A DNA stretch of 64,000 nt from Candidatus Bathyarchaeota archaeon (lineage in GTDB: Archaea; Thermoproteota; Bathyarchaeia; TCS64): positions 82,774-146,773 of the forward strand of contig CAVYVF010000007.1 of assembly GCA_963771885.1 (NCBI GenBank), written 5' to 3'. Of this stretch, positions 20,032-30,330 are shown in pieces; position 1 is the first letter of the stretch, and every line of letters begins with the position of its first letter. Made by a program: the position numbers and the translations under genes. Below the pieces are notes generated by a model that saw only the letters and a program-made list of their open reading frames with translations, was not told the origin of the DNA and ran no database searches.

Positions 20032-20730
20032 CTAGAGGATGATACGCGCATCGACTGCGCGTGCACCCTTCTCGTAGACGAGGAGTGGGTTCATGTCGAG
20101 CTCCTTTATCTCGGGGCACTCCATGAGCATCTGGCTGACGGCGAGGAGCGTGTTCACGATGGTTTCCTTGTCCGCCTTGGCGGTCCCGCGGGGGCCGTCG
20201 AGCATCTTCTTTGCCTTGATCTCATCGATCATCTCCCACGCGTCCTCCTTGGTTATGGGGGCGAGGCGGAAGCTGACGTCCTTGAGTATCTCGACGAAGA
20301 TGCCTCCGAGTCCGAACATGATCGTTGGGCCGAAGGTCGGGTCGACGGTGGAGCCGATGATGATCTCGGTTCCCTTCGGCGCCATCTCTTGGACGAGTAT
20401 GCCGTCGATGACCGCCGTTGGTACGTTCTTCTGGATGTTGGCGATGATCTTCTGATAGCCCTCCCTGATGCCCTTCTCGTCGTTAACTCCCACGACGACG
20501 CCGCCTGCGTCGCTCTTGTGGAGGACCTGGGCGGAGACTATCTTGAGGACTATTGGGAAGCCGATCTTGTTCGCAGCGGCGACTGCTGCGTCCTCGGTCT
20601 TCGTCACCTCAATCTTCGTGATTGGTACGCCGTAGAGACTGCAGAGCATCTTCGCTTCATGCTCGTACAGGAACTTCCTGTTCTCAGCCTTGGCGACGTT
20701 AAAGATCTGGTCGACTTTTGGGTCCCTCAT
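20032..20730 (-). CDS. acdB: ADP-forming acyl-CoA synthetase beta subunit (ATP-grasp)
   Basis: GFPIVLKIVS, HKSDAGGV, VQEMA, DPTFGPTIMFGLGGIFVEILKDVSFR, ELDMNPL, VDARI. Confidence 0.88.
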   Translation of the reverse strand: MRDPKVDQIFNVAKAENRKFLYEHEAKMLCSLYGVPITKIEVTKTEDAAVAAANKIGFPIVLKIVSAQVLHKSDAGGVVVGVNDEKGIREGYQKIIANIQKNVPTAVIDGILVQEMAPKGTEIIIGSTVDPTFGPTIMFGLGGIFVEILKDVSFRLAPITKEDAWEMIDEIKAKKMLDGPRGTAKADKETIVNTLLAVSQMLMECPEIKELDMNPLLVYEKGARAVDARIIL

Positions 20731-20792
20731 GTGGGCAACCTTCCTGAACTCTAGTTAGGGATACTGTTTCGGCTTTTAAAAATATGGGGTAA

Positions 20793-22115
20793 TCAGCGTA
20801 CAATCTTTTCAGCGGCCTTAAGCCCCTGCTCAAAGAGGGCTATAATCTCGTCTATCTCCTCGTGCGTAGCGCAGAGAGGAGGGCCTATCTGTATGTGGTC
20901 TCCACGGGTTCCGTCGATGGTGCCTGCGCCTGGGTAGACAATGAGTCCCCTGTCCCAGCACTCCCTGAAGACCCGCTGGTTGAAGCCTAACTTGGGGTCG
21001 AGAGGCTCCTTGGTCGCCTTATCTTTTACGAACTCGACGCCGGCGAAGAGACCAAGCCCGCGTACGTCACCGACGGTAGGATGGTCATATAACTCCTTGA
21101 GCCTCTTCATGAGGTACTTGCCCTGCTTTGCGGATTTCTCGACGAGATTGTGTTTCTGGACGTAGTCAAGGCAAGCTGAGCCTGCGGCGCAGCAGAGGGC
21201 GTGGTTCCCGTATGTGTGTCCGTGGGCGAACGGACCCTTGAATGCCTCGAAGACTTTGTTGCTGGCAATGACGGCTCCTAGTGGGAGGTAGCCGCTGCTG
21301 ATTCCCTTGGCTGCGGTTATTATGTCAGGCTCGACTTCCCAGTGCTCGATGCCCCAGTTCTTTCCAGTGCGACCGCAGCCCGTCATGACCTCGTCTGCTA
21401 TGAAGAGGACGCCATGCTGGGTGCATATCTCGCGTATGAGCTGGAAGTAGCCCTTTGGGGCTGGGACGGTGCCGAGGGTTGCGCCGACGACTGGTTCGGC
21501 TATGAAGGCGCTGACGTATTCGGGCCCCGTAGCACGTATCATCGTGTCGAGGGCACGTGCGCATTCGAGGTCGCATCTGTCGGGGTTCTTGTTGTACGGG
21601 CACCTGTAGCAATAGGCTGGGGGTATGTGTGGGTAATCGATGAGCATTGGCGCGAAGCGGCGTCTCCTGCCAATGTGCCCGCTCATGCTGAGGGCTCCAA
21701 GAGTGTTGCCGTGGTAGCTCTGCCAGCGAGCGATGACCTTGTAACGGGTCTTGTCCCCCTTCTCGAGGTGGTACTGGCGCGCCATCTTAGCAGCCGCCTC
21801 TGTCGCCTCGCTTCCACCGTTGCAGAAGAAGTTGTGCTTGAGCGTCCCGGGACTGAAGGCGGCGAGCTTCTCGCTGAGTTCCTTGACAGCATCAGCGACG
21901 AAAAATCCACTGTAGGCGAAGCTGACGGCGTCCATCTGGCGCTTTATCGAGGCGTTGACCTCGTCAACCCCGTAGCCTATGTTGACGCATAGGGGTCCCC
22001 CACTCCCGTCGAGGTACTTCTTACCGTCTGAGTCCCATATGTAGACGCCCTTACCCTTGACGAGGGTCGGGGTTTCACCGGCTGCACGTGAGAAGAGGTT
22101 GTGGTCGCTCGGCAT
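20793..22115 (-). CDS. Class III PLP-dependent aminotransferase
   Basis: YLDGSGG, GGSEATE, SYHGNT, FIADEVMTGCGRTG, PLP lysine in AAKG, HGHTY, DVRGLGL. Confidence 0.92.
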   Translation of the reverse strand: MPSDHNLFSRAAGETPTLVKGKGVYIWDSDGKKYLDGSGGPLCVNIGYGVDEVNASIKRQMDAVSFAYSGFFVADAVKELSEKLAAFSPGTLKHNFFCNGGSEATEAAAKMARQYHLEKGDKTRYKVIARWQSYHGNTLGALSMSGHIGRRRRFAPMLIDYPHIPPAYCYRCPYNKNPDRCDLECARALDTMIRATGPEYVSAFIAEPVVGATLGTVPAPKGYFQLIREICTQHGVLFIADEVMTGCGRTGKNWGIEHWEVEPDIITAAKGISSGYLPLGAVIASNKVFEAFKGPFAHGHTYGNHALCCAAGSACLDYVQKHNLVEKSAKQGKYLMKRLKELYDHPTVGDVRGLGLFAGVEFVKDKATKEPLDPKLGFNQRVFRECWDRGLIVYPGAGTIDGTRGDHIQIGPPLCATHEEIDEIIALFEQGLKAAEKIVR

Positions 22116-22269
22116 ATTGATCAGTATTGACTGTGTGGATGTTGGTTTAACACTAACGCCGCGGACTCGTGATGTGCTCAGACGAAGAAAAAATTACAAT
22201 GCATCTCTTCGTGGGATAAGTTGATAGGTGGGAGACTGTTTTCCTGAGAGTCATTGCGCTGGGTCGAGT

Positions 22270-23634
22270 ATGCAACCAACGGCTATGATCTCGATTGCTA
22301 TCTTTGTCTTTACATTGATTCTCATGATTAAGCAGCCTAAGGGGATTAACCTAGGTACAGCCGCGGGGATCGGTGCCGTGGCTTCGCTGCTCCTCGGGAC
22401 AGTCACTCTGGAGGACGCGGTTCTTGCCTTCGACGATATATGGAACGCTGCCCTCGCCTTCGTCGGAATCGTGACTCTCTCTGTGACCCTTGACGTGATG
22501 GGCTTCTTTAAGTGGGCAGCGCTCAGAGTGGCGAGGCTGGCGAAGGGGAGCGGAGTCAGGCTCTATCTATACGTGGCGCTCCTGGCCGCGGCTGTCAGCA
22601 TACTATTCGCGAACGACAGCGCCGTCCTCATTCTCACACCACTCGTGCTGGAGATCGTCCAGCAGCTCAAGTTGGAGATGAACGGCAAGCTGGCGTACCT
22701 CTTCGCCGCGGGGCTAATAGCCGACACCGCCGCCATGCCCCTGATAACGAGCAACCCCGTGAACATCGTGAGCGCCGACTTCTTCGGCTACACATTCATC
22801 GAGCACATGATATTCATGACCCCCGTGGCCGTGGTCACCATCGCCCTCAGCATGCTCGTAGTCTATCTCTACTTCCGCAGGGCTATACCCCGGAGCTTCG
22901 ACCCTAACCTCATCGACACCCTCATAGTGAACGGGTCGGTCATACAGCCGCGTCAACTGAAGGTGAGCTTCGTGACGCTCATCGTCATAGACGTCCTCTA
23001 CGTCGTGGCGAGCCTGAACGGCGTACCCGTGGGATTCGTCATCTTCGGCGGCGCCGTGTTCCTTCTGGGCTACTACGTCTTCACGATGAGCCACGGGCAC
23101 TTGTTTGCTGAAGAAAAGAAAGGCGTTATTTTCATCCTAAGGAGGGTGAACTGGGACATACTCGTCTTCATGGTGGGCATCCTACTCGTCGTCCAGGGGC
23201 TGAGGCATGCCGGAGCTATCCAATTCTATGCCGACGCCTTCGCCTGGTGCCTGACTCTGCCCTCCATCCTACCTGCGCTCGTCCCGAGCCTCGTGGTGAC
23301 TGTGAGCGCGAGCGCCATGAACAACTGGCCCATGACGATGCTCGGGCTCCTAAGCGTCGAGCAGTCGGCGGCGAGCTACGCCCTCAACGCGTCTGGGCAG
23401 ACGGTGCTCATCTTCGCCAATATAATCGGGAACAATCTTGGTCCCCACTTCTTCCCCATCGGCAGCCTAGCAATACTCATGTGGCTCAACACAATGAAGA
23501 GCAAGGGCCTCAACATTCGCCTCGTCGACTACCTTCGCGTTGGCTCTGTCCTCAGCATCGTTGAAGTCTTCGCCGCGGCGGTCATACTGTGGTTCGAGGT
23601 CTACGTTCTGAATTGGACACTCGCCCTCGGTTGA
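22270..23634 (+). CDS. ArsB/NhaD-family (IT superfamily) transporter, arsenite efflux-like
   Basis: FANDSAVLILTP, ADTAAMPLITSNPVNIVSADFF, MNNWP, NIIGNNLGP, GSLAILMW. About 12 TM segments. Confidence 0.82.
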   Translation: MQPTAMISIAIFVFTLILMIKQPKGINLGTAAGIGAVASLLLGTVTLEDAVLAFDDIWNAALAFVGIVTLSVTLDVMGFFKWAALRVARLAKGSGVRLYLYVALLAAAVSILFANDSAVLILTPLVLEIVQQLKLEMNGKLAYLFAAGLIADTAAMPLITSNPVNIVSADFFGYTFIEHMIFMTPVAVVTIALSMLVVYLYFRRAIPRSFDPNLIDTLIVNGSVIQPRQLKVSFVTLIVIDVLYVVASLNGVPVGFVIFGGAVFLLGYYVFTMSHGHLFAEEKKGVIFILRRVNWDILVFMVGILLVVQGLRHAGAIQFYADAFAWCLTLPSILPALVPSLVVTVSASAMNNWPMTMLGLLSVEQSAASYALNASGQTVLIFANIIGNNLGPHFFPIGSLAILMWLNTMKSKGLNIRLVDYLRVGSVLSIVEVFAAAVILWFEVYVLNWTLALG

Positions 23635-23708
23635 GCAACCGGTAAGCGGAAATAAACGTAAGCCCGAAGTGTACTCATGCGGGCACCCGTGGGAGAGGTT
23701 TTATCGCC

Positions 23709-24377
23709 GTGGGTGTAGCCGACGCTCTTCGCGGTCTCAAGGTGAAGTATGGGCCTCTTACATCGGATAAGCGGTTCATAGCCGGCGAGATTGCACTTGT
23801 CGTCGCCCTAAACCTCCTAAGGTGGATTGAGCCCTTCGGCACACTCATCGTAGGTTGGGCCTCTCTCTGGCTCAGGGGCATGACTTGGAGGGACGTCGGC
23901 CTCGTAAATCCGAAGAGTTGGAAAAGGACCCTCATCATCTCGGCGGTCCTTACCGTGGTCGTCCTCGTCTTCTCGTTAGCAGTCTCCAACATCATCTACG
24001 GGTTGACAGGCGAGCTGCCCGACACGAGTGTTTTCGAAATAGTCAAGGGCAACTACTACATACTTGCCTTCCTCGTCGTCGGGGTCATCTCGTGGGCGGG
24101 TTTCCCCGAGGAGCTTGCTTACAGGGGGTACTTCTTCAACAGGCTAACAGACCTCTTCGGTGGAAATCGCCTTGGCCTCGTCCTGAGCGCCGCCGCATCC
24201 TCGGTGATCTTCGGCTGGGGCCACTGGTACGAGGGAGTCAACGCCGTGATCACGACGAGCCTCATGGCGCTCGTCTTCGTCACAATCTACCTATTCAGCA
24301 AGAAAAACATCTGGTCGATGATAATCATACACTCGGCGTACGACGTCATCGCAATACTCCTCTACTTCTACGCCTAG
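23709..24377 (+). CDS. CPBP/Abi (Rce1-like) intramembrane glutamic/metalloprotease
   Basis: EELAYRG, FGWGH and HSAYD motifs in a multi-TM protein. Confidence 0.85.
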   Translation: MGVADALRGLKVKYGPLTSDKRFIAGEIALVVALNLLRWIEPFGTLIVGWASLWLRGMTWRDVGLVNPKSWKRTLIISAVLTVVVLVFSLAVSNIIYGLTGELPDTSVFEIVKGNYYILAFLVVGVISWAGFPEELAYRGYFFNRLTDLFGGNRLGLVLSAAASSVIFGWGHWYEGVNAVITTSLMALVFVTIYLFSKKNIWSMIIIHSAYDVIAILLYFYA

Positions 24378-24682
24378 TGCTTCATCCAGAACCTTTCGTC
24401 GCTCATCGTCAGGAACCGTATCCCCTCGAAGAGGCCGAGCACGCCTGGTACTATAGTCCAGAAGAAGACAAGGTAGACGATGCCCTGCCAGTACTGCCTT
24501 AGGTAGAATTTATGGAAGCCCAGCAAGCCGAACATCACGGCGAGCAGCCCCGCCGTTACCCTGTCCTTGTGCTTCACGAAGAGGAGGTTGCGGGCTCCGC
24601 AGGCGGGGCAGAACCTCGTGTTGTTTGGGAAGCGGTGGCTGCAGTTGAGGCAGTAGACGAGTTCCTCACCTTCAGCCGCCAT
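24374..24682 (-). CDS. Zinc-ribbon plus TM2-domain membrane protein
   Basis: CLNC…CPACG, AGLLAVMFGLLGFHKFYL, EGIRFL. Confidence 0.82.
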   Translation of the reverse strand: MAAEGEELVYCLNCSHRFPNNTRFCPACGARNLLFVKHKDRVTAGLLAVMFGLLGFHKFYLRQYWQGIVYLVFFWTIVPGVLGLFEGIRFLTMSDERFWMKH

Positions 24683-24725
24683 GGTGGTTAATCATCGTCG
24701 ATTATGAATAAAGCCATCGTAGGAT

Positions 24726-25799
24726 CTAGAAGTACCTCTTCGCCCTGAGGTACTCGGCCGACTGTACGGCTCCACCGCCTGCGCCTTTGTCGAGGTTGTC
24801 GCTTGTCACGATGTAAGCGAGGCCGTTCTTGAAGACGGGGTCTTTTCTGAGTCGCCCGACGAGGGTGACTTCTCCCCCGTACTTCCTGTGGAGTTTCGGC
24901 TGGGGCATCTCAGGCTCGTCGAAGACCTTTATTGTCTTCTCGGGCATCGAGGGGAGGTTGAGCTTCTGCGCCTCACTCATATACTCCTCCAGAACCTTCT
25001 TCGCCTCCTCGGCGCTGCACGGTTTCTTCGTGTCGACGTAGACTGCCTCCGTGTGGACAGTCTGGACGTCGACGCGCGTACAAGTGGCTCCCACGACTAT
25101 CCCCGCGCTTTTCACGCCGTTCCCGGACAACTTGCCGAGTATCTTGTTCGTCTCCTTCTCCACCTTACTCTCCTCGCCATCGATGTAGGGAAGCACGTTC
25201 CTCGTTGCACTCTCCCTGTAGGGCGAGTCGATGCGTAGCCCCTTCTCGCCCGCGCCGCTGAGCGATTGCTCCGAGACGACATGGATGGCTCTGACACCAA
25301 ACGAGTCAATGAGGGGCTTGAGGCTCACGACCAGGCCCACGGTTGTGCAGTTCGGCCCTGGACAGATGAATCCCTCCCAGCCCCGCTTATTCATCTGGAA
25401 CTTCAGCAGTTTGGCGTGTTTCGGGTTCACATCGGGTAGAAAGATCGGCACGTCCGGCTCATACCGGTAGGCGGACGCGGTGCTGATGACGGGTATATTC
25501 TGGGCGTATCTCTGCTCCTGAACCTTCGCTATCTCGCTCGGCAGGGCGCTGAAGGCTAGGTCGTAGTCCTCCGGAGACGCCTTATCGACGTCCAGGACCT
25601 TCATGCCTAGAACCTTATCACACGGCGTCTTCTCGAAGAATGACGCCCCTTCGATTGCCTTCTCGTATGTCATCCCCGCCGACCTGCTCGATGCAGCGAC
25701 AGCTACGAGATCGAACCAGGGATGGTTCACGAGGGACTCGACGACGTTCTGACCGGCTGCGCCGGTTGCACCAATGACAATAGCACTCTTCTTTCTCAT
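24726..25799 (-). CDS. asd: Aspartate-semialdehyde dehydrogenase (archaeal type)
   Basis: GATGAAGQ, FSALP, PNCTT catalytic Cys, CTRV, DNLDKGAGG. Confidence 0.9.
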   Translation of the reverse strand: MRKKSAIVIGATGAAGQNVVESLVNHPWFDLVAVAASSRSAGMTYEKAIEGASFFEKTPCDKVLGMKVLDVDKASPEDYDLAFSALPSEIAKVQEQRYAQNIPVISTASAYRYEPDVPIFLPDVNPKHAKLLKFQMNKRGWEGFICPGPNCTTVGLVVSLKPLIDSFGVRAIHVVSEQSLSGAGEKGLRIDSPYRESATRNVLPYIDGEESKVEKETNKILGKLSGNGVKSAGIVVGATCTRVDVQTVHTEAVYVDTKKPCSAEEAKKVLEEYMSEAQKLNLPSMPEKTIKVFDEPEMPQPKLHRKYGGEVTLVGRLRKDPVFKNGLAYIVTSDNLDKGAGGGAVQSAEYLRAKRYF

Positions 25800-25801
25800 G
25801 T

Positions 25802-27208
25802 CTATTCACCGAAGAACTCCTTGTAGACGGCACCGACGGCGAGGGGTATGTCGTCGTCGGCGACGCTGAACCTGATGATGTTCTCGCTGTTTGGCTGGTT
25901 TGCCTGCTCGATGTTTACCCCCTGGCCGGCTAAGGCGCCTGTCAGCCTGCTGAAGAATCCCTTGACGCCACGCATCTCGGAGCCTATGACGCTCACGGTG
26001 CCCTTGCTGCCCTCGATCTGCTTAACCTCCATGACGCTGGGCAGGCCACCGAGAGCTCTGAGGGCGAGGTCCACGTCCTGCTTCTGGACGAGGAGGCTTA
26101 TCTGCGACCCGGAGAGGGAAACGTAGCGGACGTCGACGCCAGCGCCGGCGAGTGCGCCGAATATCTCAGCGTGCACCTCCGTCGGCAGCACCGACTGGGT
26201 GGGAAGAAGCCGGACTCCGTAGAGGTTCCTCTGGAAGCTCACTGCCTTTGGATGGCCGCTTCCAGAGCCTCCGTTCTCGGGCCCGATCACAGTTCCCTCA
26301 CCTGGGGACCCGATACTCTTGAGCTGCAGTTTAATGCCGCCTCGCATAAGCGGGTCGAGGACTTTGAAGTGGACGACCTTCGTCCTCTCCTCGCGTAGCA
26401 GTTCGGATGCCTCGACGTAACTCATGTAGGGAATTAGGCTTGGCCTCGGCACCGCGCCGATGCGGTTTTTGACCTCCGGCTTCTCCAACTCGGAGACGAA
26501 CTTTGGGTCGAGGCTCATTATGCCCCCCTCGTCCACGAACTTGACGAGCTTCTTGACCCCTAGGCAGTAGGCGAGGCAGGCAGCCGTGTCGTCGGTGCCG
26601 CCTCGCCCGAAGATGGTAATAAGGCCAGAGCCGCTGCGCCCCGCGAAGCCGGCGATGACAGGCACGACGCCCTCCTCGATGCAGGGCATTAGCTGCTCCT
26701 CCACCCTGAGCCTCGTGCGCTCAAGGTTCACGGCGGCCTCCCTGCTGTTCTCGTCGGTAACCAGCAGGTCCTCCCCGTAGAAGCATCTGCTCCTGATGCC
26801 GCGCGCCTCGAGTTGCGCTGAGATGAGGCGCATCACGAAGTTCTCGCCTCTGCTCACCGTGTAGGCGTAGACTGAGTCGCCCAACTCGCCAGAGCTGCGC
26901 ACGTAGCTGAGCACGTGCTCCAGCTTCTCGAATTCCCTACGCAGGGGCTCCGCATCCACACCGGCTGGGAGGGATGAGACATGCTCCTTAAGGAGCGACT
27001 CTGTGAAGGCGTGCGGCTCGAATCCCTCAACCCTGACCTGGCTGAGGGCCTGGATGATCCTGTCGGTGACGCCTTTCATGGCGGAGACGACGCATACGGG
27101 GACCTTACCCGCGTCCAGCTCGGATTGTGCGACGTCGACTATCCTGCCGAGGTCCTCGCTGCCGCGAAGTATGGAGCCGCCTAGCTTGTATACGACGATG
27201 TCCATCAA
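25802..27208 (-). CDS. lysC: Aspartate kinase with C-terminal ACT domains
   Basis: KLGGS, VVSAMKGVTD, SRGE, GRGGTD, MSYVEA, SVIGSEMRG. Confidence 0.85.
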   Translation of the reverse strand: MMDIVVYKLGGSILRGSEDLGRIVDVAQSELDAGKVPVCVVSAMKGVTDRIIQALSQVRVEGFEPHAFTESLLKEHVSSLPAGVDAEPLRREFEKLEHVLSYVRSSGELGDSVYAYTVSRGENFVMRLISAQLEARGIRSRCFYGEDLLVTDENSREAAVNLERTRLRVEEQLMPCIEEGVVPVIAGFAGRSGSGLITIFGRGGTDDTAACLAYCLGVKKLVKFVDEGGIMSLDPKFVSELEKPEVKNRIGAVPRPSLIPYMSYVEASELLREERTKVVHFKVLDPLMRGGIKLQLKSIGSPGEGTVIGPENGGSGSGHPKAVSFQRNLYGVRLLPTQSVLPTEVHAEIFGALAGAGVDVRYVSLSGSQISLLVQKQDVDLALRALGGLPSVMEVKQIEGSKGTVSVIGSEMRGVKGFFSRLTGALAGQGVNIEQANQPNSENIIRFSVADDDIPLAVGAVYKEFFGE

Positions 27209-27220
27209 ATCAGCTCCGGG

Positions 27221-28486
27221 TTACTTTAGTATCCTCCGGAGGGAGGTGGACACCGCCCCGTCCTCGAGGCGTGTCGGCGCGTTCGGGTGCTTCCCCGAGA
27301 CGCCCTTCAGCTTGCCCGTGTGGTACCCGATAGTCGCGTCCGAGTCCTTCAATAGGTTCCCCGTAAGGATGCAGACGACATCATCGTCGGGTTTTATCAC
27401 GCCCTTGGAGGCGAGCTTTCTTACGCCAGCAACGGAGGCGGCGGAGGCGGGCTCGCAGCCCACGCCACTCGCGTCGACGACGGCCTTCGCCTCCATTATC
27501 TCGGAGTCGGAGACGTAGTCGACGACACCCTCGGTCTCCCTGATGACCCTGATCGCCTTCTCCCAGCTGACGGGGTTGCCTATCTTTATCGCGGTTGCTA
27601 CGGTCTCGGGCTTCACCGACTCTAGGCTCGATGCGCCGCTCTCCCACATCTTGTAGAAAGGCGATGCACCTTCAGCCTGTATCGAAGCGATGCGCGGCAC
27701 CTTCTCTATCCAGCCGAGCTCGACGAGCTCTAGTAGCGCCTTGCCGAAGGCCGAGGTATTGCCGAGATTCCCCGCGGGGACGACCACCCAGTCGGGTGAC
27801 TCCCAGCCGCGCTGGTGGAGGAGCTCAAACATTATGCTCTTCTGCCCCTCGACGCGCCACGGGTTTATCGAGTTGAGTAGGTAGAGGCCGAGCTCCCGGC
27901 TCGCCTCCTGAACGATCCTCATCGCGTCGTCGAAGCTGCCGGGGACCTGCACGACCTTCGAGCCGTAAGCCATCGCCTGGCTGAGCTTTCCGTAGCTTAT
28001 CTCCCCCTCGGGAATGAAGACGACTCCCTTAAGCCCCGCCTGCGCGGCGTAGGCTGCCATGGAGGCGCTCGTGTTGCCCGTAGAGGCGCAGGCGACCGCC
28101 TTTGCTCCTTGTCTGACGGCCTCGGAGACTGCAACGGTCATCCCCCTGTCCTTGAAGCTGCCGGTGGGATTCTCCCCCTCGTGTTTCATGGCGAGGTTAG
28201 CCACACCGGCGAACTCGGACACTGATTTGCGGGTGTAGACGTTCGTGTTTCCCTCGGGGCGGGTGACTATCATGTTCTGGGCCAGCCCTGGGTGTATGAG
28301 CTCCTTGTAGCGCCATACGCCGCTGCTGTAGGGCACGCCCATCGGGCAGAGGCGGCTATCAACTACGCTCCTGTCCCACTTGATCGGCTCGTGGACGACC
28401 TCGAGGAGGCCGCCACACTCGCACCTGAAGACGCTACCGGGCTCGTATTCCCTGCTGCAACGTATGCATCTGAACTTGGAGGGCAT
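27221..28486 (-). CDS. thrC: Threonine synthase
   Basis: NPTGSFKDRG, CASTGNTSAS, PAGNLGN, EPASA, LTGNLLKD, N-terminal Zn ribbon. Confidence 0.93.
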   Translation of the reverse strand: MPSKFRCIRCSREYEPGSVFRCECGGLLEVVHEPIKWDRSVVDSRLCPMGVPYSSGVWRYKELIHPGLAQNMIVTRPEGNTNVYTRKSVSEFAGVANLAMKHEGENPTGSFKDRGMTVAVSEAVRQGAKAVACASTGNTSASMAAYAAQAGLKGVVFIPEGEISYGKLSQAMAYGSKVVQVPGSFDDAMRIVQEASRELGLYLLNSINPWRVEGQKSIMFELLHQRGWESPDWVVVPAGNLGNTSAFGKALLELVELGWIEKVPRIASIQAEGASPFYKMWESGASSLESVKPETVATAIKIGNPVSWEKAIRVIRETEGVVDYVSDSEIMEAKAVVDASGVGCEPASAASVAGVRKLASKGVIKPDDDVVCILTGNLLKDSDATIGYHTGKLKGVSGKHPNAPTRLEDGAVSTSLRRILK

Positions 28487-29400
28487 TAGACCAGCCTCGC
28501 GCCGAAGTTGCTTGGTTTGGTAAGGTAGACCTGGGACTTGGTGTCACCGAAGGCCTCGACCATAGCTTTGCCTATCTCCACCGGGTTCTCCCCGACGGCG
28601 AAGACGCTAGGCCCGCCCCCTGAGATCGAGCAACCGTAGGCACCGGCTTGAAGTGCCGCCAGCTTCACGAGGTGGAAGTTGGGTATCATGCTCGCTCTGT
28701 GTGGCTCGATCATGCTGTCGCATATGCTTTTACCAAAGAGAATTGGGTCCTTCATCGCGACTGCGGCAGCCATGCGAGCCGCGAAGCCGATGTTGCGCAC
28801 CGCGTCCTTAAGGACGACCGTCTTCGGCAGGAGCTCGCGGGCCATCTTCGTCTTGTTTGCGTACTTCACTTCCGGTACGACGACGACGAAGCCGATCTCC
28901 GGGGTCTCCATCCTGACGATGTCGTATCCGTCGCCGACGAGTATGAAGCCGCCGAAGAGGCTAGCCGAGACGTTGTCGGCGTGCGCACTGCCTGCGACAG
29001 CCGCCTCGCCTTGGGCCGCTAGCTTCACAAGCTCCCTCTGGGGGAGCATATAACCCATCAGCTTCTGAGCGGCTACTGCAGCCGCGGCGGCGGATGCCCC
29101 GGAGGAACCCATACCCGTGCCGGGGGGTATCCCCTTCTCGATCTCCATCTCGACGCCCACGGAGTCGCCGATCCTGTCGAGCGCCGCGTTCATAACGGCT
29201 CCGGCGCTGTTGAGCTGCGCCTTTACTGGAATCTGGTCCGCCTCGAATCCCTTAACCTTCACACGGACACCCGGCTCAGAGACCCTTCTGACCTTGACAT
29301 AGTCGCCTAGGCCATCGAGGGCGATTCCGAAAACATCGAATCCGGGTCCGAGGTTAGCGATAGAAGCGGGAGCGTAAACTTTAATCTGTTTGATGGTCAC
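28486..29400 (-). CDS. thrB: Homoserine kinase
   Basis: APASIANLGPGFD, GHMP motif PPGTGMGSSGAS, HADNV, SGGGPS. Confidence 0.93.
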   Translation of the reverse strand: MTIKQIKVYAPASIANLGPGFDVFGIALDGLGDYVKVRRVSEPGVRVKVKGFEADQIPVKAQLNSAGAVMNAALDRIGDSVGVEMEIEKGIPPGTGMGSSGASAAAAAVAAQKLMGYMLPQRELVKLAAQGEAAVAGSAHADNVSASLFGGFILVGDGYDIVRMETPEIGFVVVVPEVKYANKTKMARELLPKTVVLKDAVRNIGFAARMAAAVAMKDPILFGKSICDSMIEPHRASMIPNFHLVKLAALQAGAYGCSISGGGPSVFAVGENPVEIGKAMVEAFGDTKSQVYLTKPSNFGARLV

Positions 29401-29559
29401 CCATCACTCTTACACCTGGACAGCACATTGGACGTGGCTCACCCTTTTTAACCTTTACGGGATATGCTCGGGTTACACACTGACGCGCCTTGGCCCGGGT
29501 GACCTGCCCACCAACGTTTTTAAGCCCCCTCGTACCCACACAGATGAAGGTGCAAGATT

Positions 29560-29781
29560 TTGGAGAAGGCAGAAGTACAGAAGGCACTCAACGATGTGCG
29601 CCCACAGCTCCAGATGGACGGCGGAGACGTAGAGCTAGTAGACATAGTTGACGGCGTCGTCAAGGTTAAGCTCAAGGGCCACTGCGCAGGCTGCCCCATG
29701 AGCCAGATGACTATCAAGTGGGGCGTAGAGCAGTACCTAAAGAAGAAGGTCCCCGGCGTCAAGGCCGTCGAATCCGTATAG
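29560..29781 (+). CDS. NifU/Nfu-like Fe-S cluster carrier
   Basis: VRPQLQMDGGDVELV…GHCAGCPMS. Confidence 0.9.
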   Translation: MEKAEVQKALNDVRPQLQMDGGDVELVDIVDGVVKVKLKGHCAGCPMSQMTIKWGVEQYLKKKVPGVKAVESV

Positions 29782-29800
29782 AAGGGAGTAAACCAAAACG

Positions 29801-30262
29801 ATAGCAAGTGACCTGGAATCCTGCAAGGACTACGGGGACATCTTCGCCCTCGTGAAGCGGAGCGTAAAGAAGACCCTAGGTCTGCATAGAGTCGGTTTGA
29901 TGTTGCTTCTCGGTAACCTACCCATGAACGTTGGGGCTTTTCACCCGATGGGGACAAACGAGATTGTTCTCAACAGGCGCCTCATCAAGGGGAAGACCGG
30001 TATGAGCGAGCGCAGTCACGTCTATGCTATACTGCTGCACGAGTACCTGCACAGCCTAGGGTACGAGGACGAGGCGCACGTCAGGAAGATGACCTACAAG
30101 GTATGCCTCGAGACCTTCGGCAGGGGCAGTCCGGTAGTCGATGCCGCCCTTACGGGGCCGTGGGCTGATCTTACAGAGGAAGATTTTGAGCAGATCGAGC
30201 CCGAGCTTAACCTCGAGTTAGTAAGAAACTTCGAGAGACCCGATAGCGGCTACATCATCTAG
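29801..30262 (+). CDS. Small zincin-like (HExxH) hypothetical protein
   Basis: LLHEYLHSLG. The frame is open from 29792 and reads protein-like from ATA 29801 (IASDLESCKDYGDIFALVKR). The first canonical start is GTG 29852. Confidence 0.65.
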   Translation: MASDLESCKDYGDIFALVKRSVKKTLGLHRVGLMLLLGNLPMNVGAFHPMGTNEIVLNRRLIKGKTGMSERSHVYAILLHEYLHSLGYEDEAHVRKMTYKVCLETFGRGSPVVDAALTGPWADLTEEDFEQIEPELNLELVRNFERPDSGYII

Positions 30263-30330
30263 CCGTCTAAACCTCTTTTATAGGCACTTTAAGCGTTTCA
30301 GCTTTTGTCGAATCCCATAGGGTAGTTGAA

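Noticed and set aside
22140-22270. Fluoride or other riboswitch ahead of the ArsB-like transporter
   Set aside because: Only a weak CGAAGA…TCTTCG pairing, and the crcB consensus was not found.
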